Source: an uncultured Gammaproteobacteria bacterium (GTDB lineage: Bacteria; Patescibacteriota; Microgenomatia; Levybacterales; UBA12049). Taken from it: DNA of 64,000 bases. Location: NCBI GenBank assembly GCA_964521295.1, contig CAZFRF010000001.1, positions 774,738 to 838,737 on the forward strand. Reading direction: 5' to 3'. The notes below the pieces were generated by a model. It did not search any database. It was not told where the DNA came from and was given only the letters and a program-made list of their open reading frames with translations. The translations under genes and the position numbers were made by a program. Shown here in pieces: positions 58,265 to 64,000 of this stretch (its first letter is position 1; each line of letters begins with the position of its first letter).

Positions 58265-59443
58265 CTACTTTAAGCTATAATCTCTAGCGACTAAATTGTG
58301 TGGCGAAGCATTCCAAATTCCTTTGGAATAATATAATGTGCCTGTTGATCGAGTTGTATGATCATTATCTTCTAAATTATCGCTTACAAGCGTAGGGTAA
58401 GAATACCAAGTATCCATTGTTGTTCTTGCTGCTTGAGTTTGAGGAAAAGCTGCAATTAGTTTTGGTTCGTCCCAATTTATTCCATCAGCTGAAGTTGTTT
58501 GTGCGAATCCAGCATTAGTTTCAAAAATACAAAGATATTTGCCTAAATCTTTATTAAAACTAACACTTGGTAAAGCAGAGTATCCAGCATTATCGATATT
58601 GCTTGGTACAGGGATGACAGGTTTTAAGTCAGTGGTTTGTCCGGCTATAAATCCTTGATTGGTATAGAATTCTAGGCTTGGTTCAATTGTGCCATTGTTT
58701 ACTCTTGCTCTTGCTAAGTAAATTTGATCAGGATGCTGTTCTGTTTTTTGTGCACTCCAATCAATATGATAAATATATAAATAATCTCCAATTTGAATTG
58801 CGTCTGGTTGACCTGCTCCAGATACTCTTTCTCCAGGATTGGCAATGTCATCGCCTTTGATAATAACTTGCTTGTTTATCCAGCTTAAGCCTCCATCAAA
58901 AGATTCAGCACTCGCAACAGAGGCTCTAAATCCACTTCCATCAGTTGGGGTTTTCCATTCTTCTTGATGTAAGAGGGCAGTCAAATGTTTTTCATTTTCC
59001 TGATCTAAACTAAAAACAGCTGTGATTCCGGTATAGTTATAGCCAGGATTTTGCTCAGGAGAATATACTTCTTGTATTTTTTCTGGGTTAACAAGATTAT
59101 TTTCAATAGCAGACTTTAAACTTTGATCATCGGTATCAATTGCAAAAGTAGAGACTTTTGATGAAATAAAGTATCTTCTTGTCCCGTTACTAAAGGTAAT
59201 GTAAGGCATATGTCCGTCAGGAGTCCATAAGAGTTTTTGGTCAATTAATGAAAGATTATGTTCTGTTCCTAAAGTTATAAAGTCAGGTTTTTCTTGGGGC
59301 ACTTCAGTAGATGGGGAAGGTAACTGTGTTTCAGATTGCGCTACTACTACTTCAGGAAAAGAAGCTCCTCCCATTGCGATTGAGGCAGATAATATTCCTG
59401 TAGCTACTTTTCTTCTGAGTGTTGTTTCAATTAACCTTGACAT
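58265..59443 (-). CDS. secreted BNR/Asp-box repeat beta-propeller protein (sialidase/glycosyl-hydrolase-like)
   Basis: Asp-box-like 'SFDGGLSW' and 'SADGINWDE'; signal peptide; leaderless promoter TTGCAA(59478-59473)-17-TATAAT(59455-59450) 6 nt before ATG. Confidence 0.5.
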   Translation of the reverse strand: MSRLIETTLRRKVATGILSASIAMGGASFPEVVVAQSETQLPSPSTEVPQEKPDFITLGTEHNLSLIDQKLLWTPDGHMPYITFSNGTRRYFISSKVSTFAIDTDDQSLKSAIENNLVNPEKIQEVYSPEQNPGYNYTGITAVFSLDQENEKHLTALLHQEEWKTPTDGSGFRASVASAESFDGGLSWINKQVIIKGDDIANPGERVSGAGQPDAIQIGDYLYIYHIDWSAQKTEQHPDQIYLARARVNNGTIEPSLEFYTNQGFIAGQTTDLKPVIPVPSNIDNAGYSALPSVSFNKDLGKYLCIFETNAGFAQTTSADGINWDEPKLIAAFPQTQAARTTMDTWYSYPTLVSDNLEDNDHTTRSTGTLYYSKGIWNASPHNLVARDYSLK

Positions 59444-59500
59444 CTATGGATTATAACAATTAAGGCTAAATATTGCAACTATAGGTTATTAAACACAAAA

Positions 59501-59527
59501 AATCCCGTCGTATTAACGGGATTTTTG
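59501..59527 (-). terminator. rho-independent terminator 'cccgttaatacgacggg' + T-run (minus strand)
   Basis: Stem 59504-59507/59517-59520 extended, followed on minus strand by 'atttttt'. Confidence 0.5.
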
Positions 59528-59543
59528 TAAGATAAGTTTAGTA

Positions 59544-60716
59544 TTAATTTTTTAATTGATTAACACTTTTTTTATCTAAAGTTCTACCAGTTCCACGTAA
59601 AGCATGTAAGACATCTTGATATTTTTCTTTTACATCTGCATTAGTTGCAGTAGGGCAAAAGATTGTTACGTCTCCGCCACCATAAGGTGTTTGAATAACG
59701 TGTCTTTTACCATCAGTTAAAACGTTAACTGATCCTGTTGTTGCTTTACTGTCATGATAATGTTTACCATCGATTATTGCATCTGCTTGAACGATAATTT
59801 TGTGTCCTGCAGGTACTACGAATCTTTCTCCTAAAGACATTACATGATCGGTTGTTAATTCAGGGCATGGTTCTGGTGTTGGTTTAGGACTTGGTGTTGG
59901 GTTCTTGTGAACACAATCGCCATCGCATGTGCATTTTTGAATCTCTTCTAACAATTGCTCGTTTGTTAATTGAAGTCTTAAATTCCCTAAAGCTAACTTT
60001 TGATCTAAAGTTAGAGTAGAGGGATCTAAAGCTAATAATTCTTTTAACAATGCATCATTTTCTGAGGTTATCGGTGTAACTGTAACTTCAGAAATAGGTT
60101 CTTGAGTTGGTTGAGTTGTAGCTTCAGGCATTTGTCCTTTTTCAAGTTGTCCTTGATCTACGGTAGATTCTTTTCCTGTCCAAGTTACAACATCAACTGT
60201 TTGACATCCGTCTACACAGCCTGTTGCTTCCATGGTTGCTCTTTGTAAGTCTACCCAACTAGTTCTAGTATCTGTTAAACCTGCGACTAAATCTCCTCCG
60301 TATGGAAAGACTGCTTCGCCGGTTGTTTGAACATCTACTATTAATCCAGTGTGATCTGGATCAACGCCTTGTCCTTTGTTGTTATCGGAATCAAAAAGAA
60401 ATCTTAATTTATCTTCTGATGTGTTTCTCATGGCTACATCGCCAATTAAGAAATCTCCTGGAATAACGCTGATTGCTCCACCTTTTTCGCAGTGGTAGCT
60501 TCCGCCTCCTGTAGAATCAGTTAATTTACAACCAAGCATTTGTCTTTCAACGAGTGTAGGTGTTGGTTGCTGATTGTCTGTTCCATCTAGGGTTACTGGC
60601 GCATCAGCTGCTCTTGCAGATATTCCAACCATTCCTTCCAATACTGCAGCAACAGCCAAAGTTGCTCCTGCAGCTTTGCCTAATCTTTTTCTAGGTTGAC
60701 CTTCTAATTTTGTCAT
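59544..60716 (-). CDS. secreted hypothetical protein (390 aa), Cys-containing, Pro/Thr linker
   Basis: SD 'AAGGAGGTGAAAAATAA'+ATG; signal 'KRLGKAAGATLAVAAVLEG'; C-terminal domain 'IIDGKHYHDSKATTGSVNVLTDGKRH' paralogous to 57708 gene 'VNGDGHLNGRQLFDDNEHTGSVGVRINGKVR'. Confidence 0.5.
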   Translation of the reverse strand: MTKLEGQPRKRLGKAAGATLAVAAVLEGMVGISARAADAPVTLDGTDNQQPTPTLVERQMLGCKLTDSTGGGSYHCEKGGAISVIPGDFLIGDVAMRNTSEDKLRFLFDSDNNKGQGVDPDHTGLIVDVQTTGEAVFPYGGDLVAGLTDTRTSWVDLQRATMEATGCVDGCQTVDVVTWTGKESTVDQGQLEKGQMPEATTQPTQEPISEVTVTPITSENDALLKELLALDPSTLTLDQKLALGNLRLQLTNEQLLEEIQKCTCDGDCVHKNPTPSPKPTPEPCPELTTDHVMSLGERFVVPAGHKIIVQADAIIDGKHYHDSKATTGSVNVLTDGKRHVIQTPYGGGDVTIFCPTATNADVKEKYQDVLHALRGTGRTLDKKSVNQLKN

Positions 60717-61421
60717 TTATTTTTCACCTCCTTGTAAATTGGTTTTATTTGTTTTTCTTCTAAGTAAATAGCCTCCAATTGCGCCAGGGAATAGGGCAAT
60801 TAAAGGTAACATTTCTGGTCCGGTTGAAGGTGTTTTGGTAATCTTTGGTGCTGGTAATACTTGAGGTACATTTGTACCCAATACTTGTTTTTCTACACAA
60901 AATTGTGAGCTAGTTGAATTTGCCATACCATTATTATCTGTACCAGTTGCTTGGTTAACTAAACAAACTGTTCCTTGGTCAGCTGGCATAAGGTTTGCAT
61001 CTGAAACTTTACCAACAACATTATATTTAACTGTTTGTCCAGGGTTTAAATTTACAACATTAAAAGTTAAGGTTTTATTATTGTTATTAAAATTTCCAGG
61101 TCCAGATACGAAACTTAAGAATTGTGGGAAGGTATCAACAACTTTTAAATTAGAGATAACTTGATCTCCAGTGTTTTTAACTATAATTTGGAATTTTACT
61201 TGTTGAGATGGAGTATATCTTGGATCATTAACTGAAAGGTTGTTGATGTAACTTCCGCCACCCTTACCAGGTTTTTGAACTAATTTTTCAATAGAGAAGG
61301 AATTAGTAGAGGTACAATTTTGGCCTCCACCATAAATTACGTTACAATCCGCAAAAGAAACTTGCGGTTTCAAAGCAACTAATAATAAGGACAAAATAAA
61401 GATAGATAATAATTTTTTCAT
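60717..61421 (-). CDS. DUF11-like (conserved repeat domain) surface protein with sortase-like C-terminal sorting signal
   Basis: Signal peptide; 'LKVVDTFPQFLSFVSGPG...NVVNLNPGQTVKYNVVGKV' DUF11-type beta-sandwich; C-terminus 'KTPSTGPE'+hydrophobic 'MLPLIALFPGAIGGYLL'+'RRK'. Confidence 0.5.
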   Translation of the reverse strand: MKKLLSIFILSLLLVALKPQVSFADCNVIYGGGQNCTSTNSFSIEKLVQKPGKGGGSYINNLSVNDPRYTPSQQVKFQIIVKNTGDQVISNLKVVDTFPQFLSFVSGPGNFNNNNKTLTFNVVNLNPGQTVKYNVVGKVSDANLMPADQGTVCLVNQATGTDNNGMANSTSSQFCVEKQVLGTNVPQVLPAPKITKTPSTGPEMLPLIALFPGAIGGYLLRRKTNKTNLQGGEK

Positions 61422-61627
61422 TTGGATAATAAATTAACCTATAATGTTAATTAAGATTGGGGAATTATAGCAATTCGCTATAGGGTATGTCAAGCAAGGT
61501 GAGTATTTTTACAATGTTTCTTACCTAAATATTACATTAAATTAATAAATTGAGTTTAAATTCTTACAAATTAGGCAGGAGATGTAGTTGACAAGCTTAG
61601 TGATATAGATTTAAATTAGTATTAGGG

Positions 61628-63871
61628 ATGAATTTATTATTTCTTGTTTCTTTGCTACTGTCTATATTTCAAAGCACCTCTTCTTTAAATGCAGATTTAA
61701 ATAAATTTAATTTATCGATAGATAGTAAAACAGAAGCCTCACATGATGTTTTGGCTGCATTTGATCCTTTTTATGAAGATTATACGCCTGCTGATCCAAT
61801 TGTCGCTGATAGTCCAGCTGTTGCCGTTCAGGCAAATGCGACTGACGCTCTTGCAGATACCCCAGTTTCCTCAAGTATAGCTAATTCTACTTCTAAGCCT
61901 AATATAGTAGTAATAATGCTTGACGATATTAATCCTATTGATGGGAGATTATGGGATAGTTCTCTTACGCCAAATATTAATTCTCTGTTTGTTGATGAAG
62001 GAATTAATTTCACAAATTATTTTGGAGAAACTTCACTTTGTTGTCCAGGTAGAGTTGGTTTTTTGACAGGGCAGCATACCCAAAACCACGGAGTAGGGGA
62101 TTTAGACGGAACTAAATTTAAGCCTAAGGATACGATAGCTACAGAGCTTCAGTCCAAAGGTTATTACACGATGTTAGTTGGAAAATATATAAACTTTTAT
62201 GATCGTATTCCTGCTAGTAGAGCAATTCCTCCAGGTTGGACGAAGTTTGATGCGCAGTATACGGGCAATGGGAAGTATTTTAACTATAATATTATTTCTA
62301 AAAATGGAAGTTCTTATACAAGAAAGCATTATGGTGCTACAGCTGCAGATTATGCCACAGATGTTGAAACTAATATTGCAGTAAAAAGAATTAAAGAAGC
62401 TCCAGCTAATAAGCCAATATTTGCTTATATTGCGCCAACGGCTGCTCATGGTGATTGGACTCCTGCTCCAAGGCATGTAAACACATCTAAGTGTGACAAT
62501 TTATACTGGAAGCCACCAAGTTATGCTGAAGATGTTTCTGATAAACCTAGTTATGTTAGCCACTTAACTGGTCAAGACTCATCAGCGGGACATAGTTTAA
62601 CTAAGTATTGCAAAACACTTTTATCAGTTGATGAAATGGTGGGAAGGGTTAAGAAGGCCTTAAATAGTACGGGTAGGTTAAGTAATACTCTCTTTGTTTT
62701 CACCGCAGACAACGGTATGAGCTGGGGGGAGCATAGGTTAACAATGAAGACTACTCCATATTCAACTAGACTTCCTCTATATATTACTTGGCCTGCGGGA
62801 AGAGGTAGGACTCCAGCAGTTAATACAACAACAATTACTAATATCGATTTCGGTTCAACTTTTTGTGAAATCGCTGGTTGCGTAATGGGTCCTTATCCAA
62901 ATGGACAAAAAACATCTGATGGCTTAAGCTTTCTTCCTTTAATTAAGGGTCAAGCTGTTAACTGGAGAAGAGATTTTATATTAGAGAGTCAACCAATTAA
63001 GCCTATTGATCAAGCTGCCCCAGGAGACAGACCTGCTTGGTGGGCAATCAGAACAACAGAGACAAATCCTTTAGGAATGTGGCATTATGTTGAATATAAT
63101 AATGGAGAGAAAGAGTTATATGATGTTTCAAATGGACCTTGTTATGCTTGGAATTCGAGCATGAGCGGAGATCCTTGTGAGTTAAATAATTTGCTTTCAA
63201 ATAGCGCACCCCTTCCCGCAGACGAAAATTTAGTTTTAAATATGAAATCAGGATTATCAGCTTTGAAAGCTCAGAAAGGACTTTTATCTAGCTTGACGCC
63301 TACTCCAACAGTTACGCCAACCTATACTCCAACTCCAACTTTAACTCAAATAGAGAACGGGACAGTAATAAATAATGTTAAAACTTATACAAAGTCTGTT
63401 ATTGCCATTTCAGATGCGCATGTTAGGTCAGATATTCCTGGATCAAATTATGGAGGTAGCACTTCGATTAGAGCAGATGGTAGTCCAGCGTTTGTTACTT
63501 ATCTAAAGCTAGATTTAACTCCATTTAAGGGTAAAACTGTTACTAATGCTATTTTGAAATTAACAGTTGCCAATATTACAGATGCTAATTCTGCCTTATC
63601 TGAAGGGCTTAGTTTCTATTCGATTTCCACGTCTTGGGGAGAGAATACAGTTACTTATAATAATCGCCCAGCCAATGGTACCTTATTAGGAACAGTTACT
63701 GGCGCAAAGGCTCAGAATGAAGTTGCCAGCCTTGATTTGACTAATTTTATAAAGCAAAACGTTGGCAAGATTGTGTCAGTGTCAATAGTAAATACAGGTC
63801 CTGATGCGATCATGTTTAACTCTAGAGAAGCAAGTTCAAATAAGCCAAGTTTAACCGTTACCTATAAGTAG
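61628..63871 (+). CDS. formylglycine-dependent sulfatase with C-terminal beta-sandwich domain shared with the subtilase
   Basis: Signal peptide; 'NIVVIMLDDIN' metal-binding, 'SLCCPGRVGFLTGQ' CxPxR sulfatase signature, 'TADNGMSWGEH'; C-terminal ~190 aa homologous to C-terminus of 15742..18801. Confidence 0.8.
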   Translation: MNLLFLVSLLLSIFQSTSSLNADLNKFNLSIDSKTEASHDVLAAFDPFYEDYTPADPIVADSPAVAVQANATDALADTPVSSSIANSTSKPNIVVIMLDDINPIDGRLWDSSLTPNINSLFVDEGINFTNYFGETSLCCPGRVGFLTGQHTQNHGVGDLDGTKFKPKDTIATELQSKGYYTMLVGKYINFYDRIPASRAIPPGWTKFDAQYTGNGKYFNYNIISKNGSSYTRKHYGATAADYATDVETNIAVKRIKEAPANKPIFAYIAPTAAHGDWTPAPRHVNTSKCDNLYWKPPSYAEDVSDKPSYVSHLTGQDSSAGHSLTKYCKTLLSVDEMVGRVKKALNSTGRLSNTLFVFTADNGMSWGEHRLTMKTTPYSTRLPLYITWPAGRGRTPAVNTTTITNIDFGSTFCEIAGCVMGPYPNGQKTSDGLSFLPLIKGQAVNWRRDFILESQPIKPIDQAAPGDRPAWWAIRTTETNPLGMWHYVEYNNGEKELYDVSNGPCYAWNSSMSGDPCELNNLLSNSAPLPADENLVLNMKSGLSALKAQKGLLSSLTPTPTVTPTYTPTPTLTQIENGTVINNVKTYTKSVIAISDAHVRSDIPGSNYGGSTSIRADGSPAFVTYLKLDLTPFKGKTVTNAILKLTVANITDANSALSEGLSFYSISTSWGENTVTYNNRPANGTLLGTVTGAKAQNEVASLDLTNFIKQNVGKIVSVSIVNTGPDAIMFNSREASSNKPSLTVTYK

Positions 63872-64000
63872 ATTTTAAATTCAATCTTGACAAAAGATGT
63901 AGTTTATGATGTAATTACGTTGCTTTTAATTATTCTTCAAAGCTCGCTGGTCGAGCAAAAGCAACCCAAACATTGAGAATATAATTTTGTAAAAATTATA

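Overview
This is a low-GC (~33%) bacterial chromosome segment that looks like an uncultivated monoderm or CPR/Patescibacteria-like organism, although that affiliation is an inference. The window covers eight regions.
(1) Housekeeping genes at 1-9.7 kb: a 5'-truncated recF, gpsA, a Fic protein, an ATP-dependent DNA ligase next to a PHP/Zn-finger EndoQ-like nuclease, pth, acylphosphatase, and membrane proteins.
(2) A three-gene cassette at 9.7-11.3 kb, slightly richer in GC, under a textbook TTGACA-N17-TATAAT promoter. A 45-bp imperfect palindrome is embedded across its -10 element and start codon, and the cassette ends with a 54-aa protein that has a strong SD but was missing from the ORF track, followed by a clean terminator.
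(3) Fur, a DsbA-like protein, a 2-hydroxyacid dehydrogenase, trxA and trxB, then a 1019-aa S8 subtilase that carries a roughly 380-aa beta-propeller insertion between its catalytic Asp and His.
(4) A partial rRNA operon with no 16S: an extended -10 promoter, tRNA-Ala(UGC), 23S rRNA interrupted by a roughly 310-nt ORF-less group-I-intron-like insertion at the position equivalent to E. coli U2500, and 5S rRNA. Directly downstream is a leaderless, Arg-rich protein consisting only of a DnaA domain-IV HTH.
(5) Glycosylation and envelope genes (GT39-like, DUF2723-like, GT2, a SAM methyltransferase, and a 1236-aa polytopic membrane protein), plus an rpsA-like gene, radA and yacL.
(6) An 18-kb minus-strand cell-surface locus at 33.5-51.7 kb. 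It holds three DUF916/CscA-like anchored paralogs, two of which share a 428-bp segment that is 100% identical. It also holds two Thr/Ser-rich secreted proteins with a conserved C-terminus (...NDYSDxLTVxAxGSF), an HTH+PIN toxin-antitoxin-like pair, a 2192-aa Kelch-like repeat fibre protein, two class-A beta-lactamase-fold paralogs, and a 944-aa PT-linker/CarbopepD_reg protein.
(7) A GC-elevated island of secreted proteins at 57.7-63.9 kb: a BNR/sialidase-like protein, a protein with a DUF11-like domain and a sortase-like C-terminal signal, and a formylglycine-type sulfatase. The sulfatase C-terminal beta-sandwich domain is homologous to the C-terminus of the subtilase.
(8) A recurring pattern of consensus promoters placed 2-10 nt upstream of start codons, which predicts leaderless mRNAs.

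No CRISPR array and no IS or transposase were seen. The best candidates for a novel system are the palindrome-gated three-gene cassette at 9.7-11.3 kb (including a Sul7d/SH3-like mini-protein) and the composite Csc-like surface locus with the giant Kelch fibre protein.
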